From positions 4,774,001 through 4,838,000 of the forward strand of contig OZ024753.1 of the NCBI GenBank assembly GCA_964016885.1: 64,000 nucleotides of DNA. Reading direction: 5' to 3'. A program made the position numbers and the translations under genes. Position 1 is the first letter of the stretch; the number at the start of each line of letters is the position of its first letter. The notes beneath the pieces are model-generated. The model ran no database searches. It was not told the DNA's origin and saw only the letters and a list, made by a program, of their open reading frames with translations. The stretch comes from Eledone cirrhosa (taxonomy: Eukaryota). Shown here piece after piece: positions 27,820 through 42,080 of this stretch.

Positions 27820-28085
27820 TGAAGGCGCATGGCTTAGTGTTAAAGCATTGGGCTTGCAATCGAAAGGTTGTGAGTTCAATTCTTGAACCGGGTGATGTGT
27901 TGTTTCTTTGAGCAAGACACTTTATTTCACGTTGCTCCAGTTTACTCAGCTGTAGAAATGAGTACCGGCCTGCCCGCCCAGCCAGTGGGATGGCGTTATC
28001 TTATGGCTAAAACAGCACGATGTGCTGTGACCAGCGGCGCCGATTGGCGCCCGACAGACTGGTCGGTCAAGGTGATCAAGGTGAT
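27820..28085 (+). mobile_element. tRNA-derived SINE with CORE/Meta-like central domain
   Basis: A box TGGCTTAGTG, B box GAGTTCAATTC, then TTGAGCAAGACACTTTATTTCACGTTGCTCCAGTTTACTCAGCTGTAGAAATGAGTACC. Confidence 0.8.
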
Positions 28086-28097
28086 ATATATATATGT

Positions 28098-28368
28098 AAG
28101 AGGTAAACAGAAATAACAACACATTCGGTACAGTATATGGAAGATATATATTAGGTTAACGCTTGATATAACAGGAAGAGGGTCTTAACGTTTCGGGCGC
28201 TAGTCTTTCATCAGAATAGTTGAAAAAGGGGCCGAAGTTTTATACAAAACAAAGATTATAGTTAAAAAGTGAAGGTGAAAATGCATAGAAATATATTCAT
28301 TCTGTCGTATTAAAGAAAACATAATCTTTAAATATACTCCTGTGCGTTTTCACCTTCACTTTTTAACT
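28098..28368 (-). mobile_element. Penelope-like terminal fragment with degenerate minimal HHR (CTGATGA..GAAACGTT) and a 38-bp fold-back end
   Basis: Homologous to 42481-42606; minus strand TTCTGATGAAAGACTAGCGCCCGAAACGTTAAG; inverted arms ~28260-28297 and ~28331-28368. Confidence 0.7.
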
Positions 28369-28455
28369 TTATATATATATATAAAGAAAAAGAGATGAAA
28401 TCGAAAATGCAACTGGAGTCTTATTTTTTTTTTAAATATATATATTTATTTGGTT

Positions 28456-28493
28456 CCTTTACCGGTTTCGCAGTTCTTCTGCTTTTCAAAAGG
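28456..28493 (-). ncRNA. Minimal type I hammerhead, U3-A8 core, all stems intact
   Basis: CCTT-TTGAAAA-GCAG(aagaa)CTGC-GAAA-CCGG-TA|-AAGG; GUA cleavage triplet. Confidence 0.8.
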
Positions 28494-28559
28494 TGAGTTG
28501 AGAAGGAGGGTCTGTGGTTTTTCTCAGATGTGAGAAAATATATATATATATATATATAA

Positions 28560-29588
28560 ATAGAGAGAAGAACCAAGTTATACTCAAAATATATCTTTAT
28601 TCTACATACGTTTCAATTAAAGTGGTGGGCCATACCACGGTACATACGAGGTCTTTTTCCATCGCTCTACACACTTATATCAGACCCACATAACACCAAC
28701 CGGTTTGCCGGCTTAATTGCTTTGATCGTTACGCAGACTTCAGATCTCGTGGTGCAAATTAATGTTGGCGTAAATTTCAAACATATATTAGTAGAGACTA
28801 GCAAAATTAATTACGAAGTTACTTTTCATCTAGATGCAGTATAAGATTGGAGTTTATTTACTTAATTATAATAACTATTTTCAATTCCGTTATAATAATA
28901 ATTATAACATTGAGTTTTATATTCATAATTTTTTATGCATACATTTGGAGAACATTCTAATATACATGTGTATGTAATTCTGGAAAATAATTGTTTAATT
29001 ATCTATCTTTCTATATTTATTTTTAATTCATTGTATTATATTATAAATAATATTAATACTTGTGAAATATAATATAAAAAGTGTAATACTTATGTTTTGC
29101 TGTTAGAGATCTTTTTTTTTTCTTTTCTTTCTTTTTTCGTTGGAAGTCAGCATATCAGGAAAAAATATTTCAAAACTCGGATTTTTATCAAATTATAAAT
29201 TTATTTTTTAATTGTTATTATATTTTTATATACTTAACGTATAATTGACTAACGTCTACCCACCTTCTTGTTTATGGTCAACATACACACATATGTTTTT
29301 ATGTAATATTGCTTCTAATATTTAATCATATATGTCTGCTAATGTATGGATGTAAAAACGTACAACATTTTGATATACTGTTTTTAATATACCGCTTCTG
29401 TGTTATTGTTGCTTTTGATTGCGCTTGTAATTTGCAATGTATTAATTGGTATGGTATTAGCCCCAAACGTTGTATGGACAAATACGATGGACAAATACCT
29501 CGTATGTATCGTATTATGGCCTACCGCTCTACATTGAAACATATATAGAATAAAGATGTTTTAAGTATAAGTTGGTTCTTCTCTCTAT
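28560..29588. mobile_element. ~1-kb segment bounded by ~105-bp diverged inverted repeats (28560-28665 and 29485-29588)
   Basis: Reverse complement of left arm CGATGGAAAAAGACCTCGTATGTA..TTGAAACGTATGTAGAATAAAGAT..GGTTCTTCTCTCTA matches the right arm. Confidence 0.7.
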
Positions 29589-30172
29589 TATGTGTTGAGC
29601 TCTGCAGCCCGTATCCTAACAGTCTACAACAGAATCTGGGAAAATCCTAAGCTGATTTTGAATTACTGCTGTATCACGGAAAGTGGATAGCATCGAGCTA
29701 TATTGGAACCCCAATATCACCATAAAAAAATAAAAAAATAAAAAATATATATATAATTAGGGTACAATGAATCAGTGTTGTATCATACATATTTAATCCC
29801 ATATTAGATATGTTTCAATGCCGATCAGCTCGAGGAATGATCGATTATGTTTGTTCCTGACTATGGAATCGAAAGCTCTTCAGATACGTGCTTTCACATG
29901 TAGACTCACGTCCAAGTGCTGCTGAATTATTAGACATCCGTTTTGTTATTTTGAGTTGCCACAAACGTTGTAAGAAGAAATAGGTCACCGTTATCATACT
30001 AAATTGTGTTTGGTCAAACCCCTGGGGATACGCGACGAAGAATTTAGTACCGTTCGTTGTCGCTCTTATGCAATTCCAGTCATTTAGCGCCCATGAAACC
30101 ATAATGAACCCCACACTAGAGAGCCTTTGTCTAAGGATAGATATAGAGGTAAGATACAATTGGACACACATA

Positions 30173-30372
30173 TATGTAGGACAGCTTAAAGGTTCATAGG
30201 CTGTCTATGAAGGATTAATACTATAGCTAAGAAATCTTGCATGCATTGATTTCAACTCTTCTTATTCATAACTGCATTGTTTCTTTGCAGGGACTATGTT
30301 GAAAATTAAATCTCATGTGGCCATTCAAAATATGAACCTTTCAGTCTGTTAACATTTCAGCCCACCCTCGTA
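30173..30372. mobile_element. Mariner-type MITE, second copy of 1448-1649
   Basis: Shared GTTCATAGGCTG..TTGCATGCATT.ATTTCAACTC..ATAACTGCATTGTTTCTTT.CAGGGACTATGTTGAAA..TTTCAGCC.ACCCTCG-TA. Confidence 0.8.
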
Positions 30373-30840
30373 TGCATTTATATACATTTGTAGTTTCAAG
30401 CACTGAGCTTACACACATGCTTTCAATATGTTCAAGCAAATTTGCTCAATGTACCTTCATAAGCATGGAAAGATGCGAAATAATTATGAATACGATGTTC
30501 GAAAGAAATTTCAATAAAACAAATTTCAAATGTTTGATATTATATAAGGTGTAAAGAAGAAAGTATTTAATGTTTGAGCAGATAATATTAGTTTAGATGC
30601 TCAGTTCTAAGGTTCGAAACACGTTTGTTTGTTGCTGTTAAACATATCAAATATGTATCTAGTTTATAATTCCATACACACACACACACACATATAATAT
30701 AAATAGATAGATAGATAGATAGATATAGATGTAACTCAGCATAGATATGCATATATAAAGAGATGTATAAGTATATATATATATAAATATACATATATAT
30801 GCATAAGGAAAGTATATACTTTCAGACGTTCAACCATCTG

Positions 30841-30901
30841 GCAGGAAGGTATACGATGCTGACGATAGCTAATAAGCTTGAAACTAGTACATCGTTCCTG
30901 T
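30841..30901 (+). ncRNA. Minimal type I hammerhead with canonical C3-G8 core and bulged stem I
   Basis: CAGGA-aggtat-ACGATG-CTGACGA-tAGCT(aata)AGCTt-GAAA-CTAG-TA|-CATCGT-TCCTG; cut after 30889; T/T at the base of stem II. Confidence 0.8.
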
Positions 30902-31217
30902 GTCAGTGTTGAACAAAAAGGTGACGTGGTTGCCTAAACACTGTACGGCGTAATTCGGGTTGTTTTTTTGTTTACAAACAAACAAACCGAGCATTATAAT
31001 AAATGTTCGGTAAACCGATACGTGCATGTATATATGTGTGCATGTATGTATATATATACATACTACTGTACGTCTGTATACATATATGTATGTACGTATA
31101 CATACTTACATTTAAGTAAGTGCCGTACTAAGAGTGAGAAATGAAATTTCGTTTCATTCTATTCCATATATACATATATATACACACACACATATATATA
31201 TATATACATAACATGTT

Positions 31218-31267
<50 letters not shown>

Positions 31268-31296
31268 ACATGTGTATATATATATATATATGTATA

Positions 31297-31347
<51 letters not shown>

Positions 31348-32717
31348 CGTGGCTAATTTTTTGTACCTTAAGCAATGAAACTTGGAAAATTAAGAATATA
31401 ATCTCTAGGAATATTTTTGCTTCTACATTGAATATTTTTGCTTCTACATTTTGCTTCTATGTTGTTTTTGCTGTTGTTTTTACTGTTGTTTTTCTCGACT
31501 CATTTCCTTTCTGCAAAATTTCCGTTTCATCATCATATTATCAATTCATTTATTTTTTTTTTTTTTGTAGTTTGTTCTTTGTTATTTTGTTTGTTTTTTT
31601 TTATTTTTGTTGTTGTGGTTTTTGTATTTTGTTGTTGTTTTTCCACACACATATATCAGAGAAAAGTTCGCTGCGTGTTAGAATCATTTCTGAATGAGAG
31701 GATTTGATGATGTCGATTAAACTAATTTCCACTTGTGATAGATTAATATCTCAACCAGAATACTACTAACTATTTATAGCCCTGTATTTATTAACGCTCT
31801 TTTGCATACATCTTCCTTATTTCTGTTCGTTTTTATAGCATCATTAGATACTTTTATTTCGCTTTTATTTCTAGTTTCTCTCTGGTTTTGTTTCACTAGA
31901 TATATGTATATTTCCTCCCGTTTTCCTTCCACCCAGCCCTTAATCTTGTTTATATTGCTTTCGGTAGTGCTAGGCTATGTAATGTTCTTTGTTATTCTTG
32001 GCTTGCTTATCAAGTTCATCTTATTCTACATCGTTTTATTCTTCAGCTACTTTCTAATTGTTCTCTCACCTTGACCACTTTTCTTGTTTAGAAGATTTGG
32101 CTATGATTATTATTACACGTTAGTCTTATATTTTACAGTTTTTCATTTTCATATCTTTCTTTTGTATTTTTCTTATTTCGTTTTACTTTTATTTTTCTCA
32201 ACTCATTTTGTCGGCGAAAATCATTAATCACGCATCATGTTCAGTGAAGCATTACATAAATTAAGAACAAATACCAATATTATGATGTGTATGATATTAT
32301 ATGAGTGTGTTTGTGTTTAGATTTGTGTGTGCTTGTTTGTGTGAGCGTGCGTGTGTGTGTAAAAGGTGAAGCTGACTGTGTGTAGAGGTAGGGGTATTAG
32401 CACCACTCCTTAATTGCTATTTTACTCAGAAACCCAAATAGAAAAGTAAAAAGGAAATAGATATGTGAAAAAATAATAACTAGAAAGAACTCGTAATATT
32501 TATCGAATTTTCATTGTAATTGCTTTGCTACGCGAAATAATTTTTTTTTCATATATATGTATTCACACATACAAACTTATATACATACACATATATATGC
32601 ATTTATAAATACATACATCCATATAGGAATAAAAGCATATATATGTGTGTGTTCGTATATATGTATATATGTATAATTACAAACATACACATATATTTAT
32701 ATATATACATATATATA

Positions 32718-32876
<159 letters not shown>

Positions 32877-33197
32877 GTGTAGATATGTGTGCAAAAAGCG
32901 GGTATAATTATATACAAAGTCACAGTTATGTATATAAGTATATTACGAAACAGGTTATATATATGTATGTGCTTGTTCCTCTAGAATTAAGAAGGGTTGT
33001 ACGTTTATAGCTTTGTTCTACAAAACAATTCTTCCACTTAAAATATAACTATAGCTCCCCAAGCCTTAGGCTTTACTATTTTAGGTAAAGGTTTATATAC
33101 TGTACAATAATTTTGGTAGGATTAGCGACGCATATAAACGCAGAAATAAATATAAACGCATAATAATACATAGTTTGTATGTATGCATGTATGTATG

Positions 33198-33234
<37 letters not shown>

Positions 33235-33434
33235 ATGTTTATGTACGTATGTGTGCATGTATGTATGTGTGTATGTATGTAGAGAGGATGATAAAAGAGG
33301 AGATGGATAAACGAGAAAAGTTAAGCATAGCATAATGTAAAACGGATATATGAAAATAGGAAATATAAAATTGATATAATTGCATTTTTCATCTCTGTAT
33401 GCAGCATATGATTAATTCAGGTGAAAGAGGGATT

Positions 33435-33482
<48 letters not shown>

Positions 33483-33633
33483 ATATTATACATATATAAT
33501 ATTATATATATATACATATATATATATTATATATATTGTATATTATACATATATATATATATATATATATATTGTATATTATACATATATAATATTATAT
33601 ATATATACATATATATATATATTATATATATTG

Positions 33634-33724
<91 letters not shown>

Positions 33725-33848
33725 CACACACACACATTTATATAAATATATATAAATATACACAAACAAGAGAAACCAGAAATAAGAAGTATAGAATTGA
33801 AAATTGGGAGGACTCTGTAAAATAGAAGAGACGAATACGAAGTATATC

Positions 33849-33888
<40 letters not shown>

Positions 33889-34182
33889 TGTTATATATGT
33901 AAATATATTTCTTCTTGTGTGTGAGTGTGAGGAAGTGTGTCTGTGGAAGTGAGTTTGTCTTTCTCAGCGTATGTACATATAAAGATTGATAATACAATTA
34001 GAATAAGATAAAAAAAAATACATTCAGCAGACGTGTGTTTTTGTGTTTGTGGCGGGGTATATCAAAATCTATACGAAAGTCCGTAAATAAATATATATAA
34101 ATATGTGTGTGTGTGTATGTGTCTGTGTGTATATATATATATGTATAATATATATAATGCATATATATACGTATATACATAA

Positions 34183-34287
<105 letters not shown>

Positions 34288-34330
34288 TTACGTATGTGTG
34301 CATGTATGTATGTGTGTATCTATTATTTTA

Positions 34331-34398
<68 letters not shown>

Positions 34399-34412
34399 CA
34401 TACATACATACA

Positions 34413-34444
<32 letters not shown>

Positions 34445-34831
34445 CATGAGTGTGTATTCATATATACATACATATAATTACATATACGTAGCGTTAACAT
34501 TATAATGTCTAAAGCCATCGAAGTGTTGGCACTGTCAAATAAACTACGCATATGTCTGAGTCTTAAGTTATTGTAAAGCAATGATATTGTAGCTTCGAGA
34601 GGATATTTTTAATATAAGGAGAAAAAGTTATTAAGTTCCATTGGGTATTTTTGGCAAAATGAATAAATAAATGATTGTTATATTGTGTGACACTATATAT
34701 ATTGATATCAGTTTTATACTTTACTTTTATTGTATTGATTCTGTTATTCGAATTTTGATATATGGTTGTCAGTGGAAATATCACTGTGTAGGTTGTTTAT
34801 GCTTGCTTGCGAATAATCACATATGTATATA

Positions 34832-34915
<84 letters not shown>

Positions 34916-35117
34916 TATATATATATATATATGTATGTATGTATATGTGTGTGTAAGGAGGTATGTATATATACATACATATACATATATATATATATTT
35001 ATATATTCATATACATGTATATATTAACATCTATCCGTGTAGATATATAAATATGTGTACATATATAAATACATATACACGCATATATGCATATATATTT
35101 ATATATGAATATATAAA

Positions 35118-35159
<42 letters not shown>

Positions 35160-35324
35160 CATATTATATATTTTATATGTTCATAAGCATTTACAACACC
35201 GTATATATATACCTGGAAGAAAATGGAAGGATTTATTAATAAATATACATAAGGCTGAGCTGAAATGTTTATATAGAAATGTAATCATAATGCTATCACC
35301 GCAATTTATGAATATCACATTATG

Positions 35325-35405
<81 letters not shown>

Positions 35406-35906
35406 TGATATATTGATATACATGCATACACATATTATATACTATTAAATCTGAGTAGTTCGTGTGAATGCGTATCTATATATACAGGCACATATGCATG
35501 TAAATATACATGTGTGTGTATGGGAACATATAACCGACAAGAAAGAGGTATGTATGGACCTCATAGCCGTGTCTTTAACTGAATGTTTATCAATTTGTAT
35601 AAACTCTCAGCACACCGTACTGATGTCTGTATGACGTCGTCTCACCATTGTTACAGCCGCTTTGCCCCCTCTGTCTTACTCTTCGTATATCTACCTATCT
35701 AACTATATATATTTATATGATTATCCATAATTATATATTTGTATTCATATGTTTCTTCCACGGAGATAAAACGATAAATTCAATATTTTTTGGTAAATAT
35801 ATATTTCTCCTACACAGTCATACAGATTCACCCTCCCCAAAACATACTTACACATATCTGTATACAGATATATATGTCTGTATATATATATAGAGAGAGA
35901 GGGGTG

Positions 35907-35977
<71 letters not shown>

Positions 35978-36073
35978 GACTTCTACAGGACTGAAACTGT
36001 TTCATTTGTATGAAATCATTGTGCATTCCTCATAATTGCATACGAATGAAATATTTCTAATCCTGTAGGAGTC
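35978..36073. mobile_element. Imperfect ~96-bp palindrome, MITE-like
   Basis: GACTTCTACAGGA..TTTCATTTGTATG versus CATACGAATGAAA..TCCTGTAGGAGTC. Confidence 0.6.
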
Positions 36074-36188
36074 ATTTCTATGCTCTACCAATATTTGAAT
36101 ACCTTTTTTTAACTGTGGTTATCCCACGACACATCTCACGAATCTACATATATATAGATACATATATACATATATGAGTATATGAGTA

Positions 36189-36245
36189 TATTGAGTACTT
36201 TGGTGCGTTATGGTCCACCTGGTTCCTCACCATATTTCCTTTGTT
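36189..36245 (+). mobile_element. Family B, tail only
   Basis: TATTGAGTACTTTGGTGCGTTATGGTCCACCTGGTTCC..ATTTCCTTTGTT followed by (TA)n; matches 12101-12157. Confidence 0.85.
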
Positions 36246-36270
36246 ATATATATAAAGAGAGAGATGGAGA

Positions 36271-36301
<31 letters not shown>

Positions 36302-36308
36302 TGAGAGA

Positions 36309-36368
<60 letters not shown>

Positions 36369-37594
36369 AGGGAGAGAGAATTTAAATATCCATATAATAT
36401 TGCTTGTTACTCTGGAGTTTTACCTGTTCACTTGCGGGATCATCAAAGTTTTAACTGTAACGTCCTCATACGGGATAAAATTATAAAAAAGTGATGAATA
36501 AATAATTCAGGCTTATACAAAGAAGACATTTAACAATTTGTGTTTAATCAAAATATAATAAATGAATGGCTATGGAGAAACCAGTAAATATAACACACTA
36601 TCATTTAGAAGATGTTTTATACCGAATATTGGGGTTTACCACAGATACAGGAATGGGAATCTACTGATTCAGTAGGAATAGCGCACCACACATCTCTGTC
36701 TGACTTCCACTGAAGCTTGGTGTACCCAGAAATTCCGCGTAACATTCTTAGCGTGTGACAAAACAACACTTAACCCATATCCTCTTGATATTTATTCTTC
36801 AATATTCGATAAACTTCTGGCGAAGTGTGGACATAAATTTGACATAGGGGTAGTGGTGGGGTTAATTCTCATTTTCTTTATATTATTTCCGGTGTATTCT
36901 TATATTTTCATGGGTATTTATTAGTTCTTTTTTTCCTATTATCATATTCCTAAATGGTCTGCCGTTCCAGCTCCTTTCCCATTTCCTTTTATTATCTCAA
37001 AACGATAGGGTAGCAACCGTTGATTATAACCGAGGGAAAGAAGACCCTCAGATTCCTGAATCCTGTCTGGAATTTCCCAATGAGGTAATCTCCTTCAATG
37101 CTACCGAAGCATTCTATGTTTTTTTTTTTTTTGGAACAGCGGCCTGCTGTTGTATATTTGTCTAACTTTCCCAGCAGAAAGCTAAGCTCATAAATTACCT
37201 TTCATCTCTCTCTCTCCCAACCTTTTTCCTTTGTACTAATACCTTTAGCTAACATATTGAAGCAGATTGCACTCGGATGCAAATATCGAATCAGAACCAA
37301 CCAAAGTTTATTGGGTTGCATGTTTCAGAAGATAAACAACAAGAAGCCTTTCTACAGGTAGTACAGATATTTTAATAATACATGTGCAAGATAAATCGGA
37401 TAAGATAAATGCGGAAAGTCATCTTGAAGAGACTCAAATGAAGAGCGTTAATATCAAGCTAAATTAAGAAACAGAGATGAGAGGATTGCACCACCCACGG
37501 ATATACAAATGTTTAAGAAGCAATGAAGTAGGATTCATTGAATTATTAATTGCAACGTACTAACACGTGCAACACCTGAGCTAAGAGGTATTTA

Positions 37595-37788
37595 TGATTT
37601 CTGATTTACGCACAAAGCGTAAGGGAGGGGAAAGTCGATTAAATTGACCCCAGTGTATTACTGGTGCTTTATTTTATCGACCCCGTAAGGCTGAAAGGCA
37701 AAGTTAACCTCGGTGGAATTTGAACACAGATCGTAAAGAGCCATACCTCTGTGTTGCAAAGCATGGTGTTCTGCCAATCCACCGTCCT
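37595..37788 (-). mobile_element. SINE family A copy
   Basis: TTACTGGTGCTTTATTTTATCGACCCCGTAAGGCTGAAAGGCAAAGTTAACCTCGG..CTGCCAATCCACCG. Confidence 0.85.
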
Positions 37789-38213
37789 ACTAAGAGGTAT
37801 TAATAATCTAGCTGTACCAGATATACGTTATAGTTAGGATATTTTCAGCTGGAGGCTAAATGCAACAGCAGGCCCAATCAAATCACTTTCTTAAGAATAT
37901 TCCATCCAATGTCTTGCAAAGAAGGATTATATTTAACACGAATACAGTTGGTTTTATGTAGCTAGGAAATTATTATAAACTATTCAGTATAGGACTACGA
38001 AATATTATATACAGAATACAAGGAGACTAATATAATAAACCAAAGAAAACGTGTTTTCTGTATTCAAGAAAATAAATACAAGTCAGAGGTAGAAGTGACA
38101 GACAGCTGGAATAAGAAAGGAAAAACAACAAAACTTGCGAGAAAATCTCAGATAAAATAGTCAGAAAGAATACTATTTTATAATGATGGCACAAAGAAAC
38201 AACTAGATGGTGA

Positions 38214-38472
38214 ATACTTGGAAATGGTTGAACAGAGGGTAAATAGTCAAAGTTGTAACACTAGCTGTGAAGTAGAGGACTCAATATCTAGAAAAGTGTA
38301 TAGTCAAAGTCAATTTGTAACACCTGCTGTGAAATACAGGTCTCAATACCTAGAAACGGTTGAACAGGGAGTAGATAGTCAAAGTCAAGTTGTAATATTA
38401 GCTGTGAAGCACGGGACTCAATACCTGGAAAAAGCTGAACAGGGAGTAGCTGTGAAATGCAGGACTCAAAGT
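38214..38472. repeat. Minisatellite with ~60-76-bp variable units (~4 copies)
   Basis: Recurring GCTGTGAA..GGACTCAATACCT.GAAA..GTTGAACAGGGAGTA.ATAGTCAAAGT. Confidence 0.8.
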
Positions 38473-38874
38473 TGAGACTGATGGATTCCTAACTGCTACA
38501 CATCTCTCCACATAAGACCCCCAAAACCTTGTAATGATGTACAGTATGTTAAATATCCGCAGAACATGTAGCGGTTTAGAACAAGCGATTAACCATGTTG
38601 TGTGTATCTTTTTGCATAATCTTAACTAGACAAGACAGATTCGACGCTTGTCTATAGTATACGTTATTCCAGTATTATAATGCAGAGCAGATACTTTTCG
38701 TGGTCTTGATGGTAACCTTGGTTATTCTCTGGGCTGCTAACAACATTTCACTTGCAGTGAAGGTAGAATCGTTGGTGTTCGTGTTTCTCTGGAAGTTTCG
38801 GCAATTTTTGTTGCTGTTGTTGATGCTAACTTCTTTCGAGAATTGGGGACATTTGTATTTACTTTTTTTGTTTT

Positions 38875-39730
38875 AGAAGATTTTGATGAAATTTTGGGGA
38901 AAACTTTCATCGAATTTTTCTTGAAATTTAAAATAACTATTTTAGGAAATCTTTTATGGAATTTATGGAGAAGTCTTCGATAAATTTTGAGGGGAATCTT
39001 TGATGAAGTTTTTGGATAGGATTTGATTAAATATTTTCAAGTAATTTTTTAAGAAATATTTTATGAAATTTAAGAACATTTTTGAAGTAATTCTTACAGA
39101 ATGTTACTGAGATATCTTATTAAATATTTGAGTTAATTCCTTTGAAATGTTTAGTAAATATTATCGTAAAATGTTTGACGAAACTTTCGATGACTTTTAT
39201 AAGTTAAGTTTTGGAAACTCTTTTATTAAATGTGTTATGAGGTTTGGAAAGTGTTTTATCAAATCTTTTAATGATAATTATAAAAAACGTTGAGATGAAA
39301 TATTCGGGAAGATTTTTATCAATTTTTATGGAATATTCAAGGAGATTTTCATTAATTCATTTTTAATATTTTGTTAAAATTTTGGAAAACATTTTCATGA
39401 AATTTCTGGGAATTTCGTGATGTTATTTTTTGTGACATTATTGATGGAACTTTTTGGGAAAATGTTTCTAGAATTATTGATGGAAATTTCTGGGAAACGT
39501 TTCAAAGAATTCGTTTCAGAATTTCTATCAAAATTATTTCAAAACGTTTCATGAAAATGAACCAAAAATTTCATTAAATATTTTATCAAGAATTTTTTCC
39601 TAAAACATTTCATTAAAACGTTTTAAATTTCATCACTCCTTTTCTCAAACTTTCCATAAAACAATGTCATCGAATGTTTTCTCAAATCGTTTATCAAATT
39701 ACATGATGTTTCCAAAATCATTCTCGAAAG
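38875..39730. repeat. Degenerate ~21-23-bp array whose orientation flips near 39510
   Basis: TTTTGATGAAATTTTG-type units on the left, TTTCATTAAA/TTTCATCA-type (complementary) units on the right. Confidence 0.6.
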
Positions 39731-40177
39731 ATTTGCCTCCAACAAAATAACAGATTACATGAATTTATACTGCCAATTCTACAGTTCAGGCCATGTTAGG
39801 TAAAAAGAAAAAGAGCAACGTGAGAAGGACTGTTAATTGTAGTTGTTTTAAACACCTTTTGTTGATATTAACCAAGAGGTCGAGTCCAGCGTGTTATATT
39901 CTATATTAGTCACACTACTGTATATGTCTCCCAGAATTCCTGCTCAAATAACGCTCTATGTCAAGTGAAGGTTGATAATATTCATGGAAGTTGTTTCTGG
40001 TGAAATGATGAAATCTTTAACAATTTATTGATAAAGGAAGAAAATGAAGACGCTGGAAATTGTTTGGTTGCTCTTCATGATCGTGGTGTTGGTGGCATGA
40101 TGGGAGTGATGATAGTGATGGTCATAGTCATGGTCATGGTCATGGTGGTGGCTTTGGATGGGATACGGCGTTATTTC

Positions 40178-40277
<100 letters not shown>

Positions 40278-40739
40278 CTTCTTCTTCTTCTTCTTCTTCT
40301 TCTTCTTCTTCTTCTTTTAGTTGTTTTAGTTGTAGTAGTTGTGCCTATGATTAATTACGATTATAGTGATGATGAGGAGGTGGATGATGATCATGAACAT
40401 GTTATTACCGATGAACGTAGCGATGATGATGATGATAATTATTAGTAAGTGATAAAGGCTAAATATGATTAATCTTATGATAGCAGTTATGATATTTATC
40501 GGCTTCAGCGAACAATACTTAGAGGCACTTTGGAAATAGATGAGAATTAGTATAAAAATCACTGACATGGAAGTTATATATATATCTTCCTAGACTACAC
40601 GAGTATCCCATGTACATAAGTTATAGACATATGTATATGTGAATAATATATATTATATATTAATGGCTGTATATATACATATATGTGTGTGTGTGTGAGT
40701 GAGTATATATATGTACTCACACACATATATATATATATA

Positions 40740-40786
<47 letters not shown>

Positions 40787-40788
<2 letters not shown>

Positions 40789-40918
40789 CGAAGGAAGTGC
40801 GGTAAGGAACCAGGTGGATCATAACGCACCAGAGTACTCGATAATATGGGTAGGTAGTAGAGTGGGCAATAGTAAAAGAGTCAGGACCTGGCCGTCGGGG
40901 TCCTGACTCTTTTCCTAT
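40787..40918 (-). mobile_element. Family B copy with 20-bp fold-back arms, in (TA)n
   Basis: Tail 40787-40868 homologous to 59197-59273; arms 40869-40888 and 40899-40918. Confidence 0.85.
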
Positions 40919-40926
40919 ATATATAT

Positions 40927-40971
<45 letters not shown>

Positions 40972-41458
40972 TGGGGTAATTCGAATCAGACTGGCCCCCG
41001 CATACGTTTTGTGTCACTGTAGATCCATATTCTAACCGATCAACTTTAGATTTTAAAACATGCCAGATACAACGCATAAAAAGACAAGATAGTAGCCCCA
41101 GCACAGGATTTTCTGTGTGTCACATTACTATAAGTATGGCTCGTGCTAGCATGCCCAAGAGCAAGTTCATGCATTTTTTGGAACGAACAAATCTCCATTG
41201 AAGCCAATATATAAACCTTGGGTATGTTTTTCTATTTTTTTTTTCTGTTCAAATTCTAGCTGTCTGGTGAGATCATTGCATAATAGTTATCACCGAAATA
41301 TATATAACAGTCAATATGATAAACAAGTTAATTTTAATCTGTTGACTTACACTTCTTGTTTTTAAATTACTCCAGAATAAACAGACTCACCTGTGGACTC
41401 CGCTGAGCGCTCTATCCTGCATACTGAAGTGTCGGTAATTAACCAACACATACTCGAA

Positions 41459-41511
<53 letters not shown>

Positions 41512-41837
41512 TCTCGGGGATATATTGGTGTGTGTGCGTATATATATAAATATATATATATATTCTCAGGTATTGACTAATCCCCCTAGCCCCACCCCGC
41601 TTATTAAATGTTGCTAATCAATCTCCGGCAAAATGTTATTTAAGTGAAACATATTGATACAGCAGCTGGAGAATCTAATAATTATTTAATTTTACATTAA
41701 AAAACATTATATATGATAAACAGAGAACATTACAAGAAATCCGATATTTACCAGCGTACACTATACATTTACCGATTTCCCAACGCCTCCGTGTATCCTA
41801 ACCCTTTATTATTTGGGATCGAGAGTATATTTATATG

Positions 41838-42080
<243 letters not shown>

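Noticed and set aside
27820-27895. tRNA gene
   Set aside because: A and B boxes run into a SINE body with no acceptor stem; it is a SINE head
29810-29890. Minus-strand CTGAAGA...GAAAC
   Set aside because: No closing stem II or stem I
29845-30171. 108-aa non-repetitive minus-strand ORF
   Set aside because: No recognisable domain or splice context
38214-38472. Repeat-spacer-like pattern and 85-aa ORF
   Set aside because: Inter-repeat segments are themselves homologous, so this is a minisatellite
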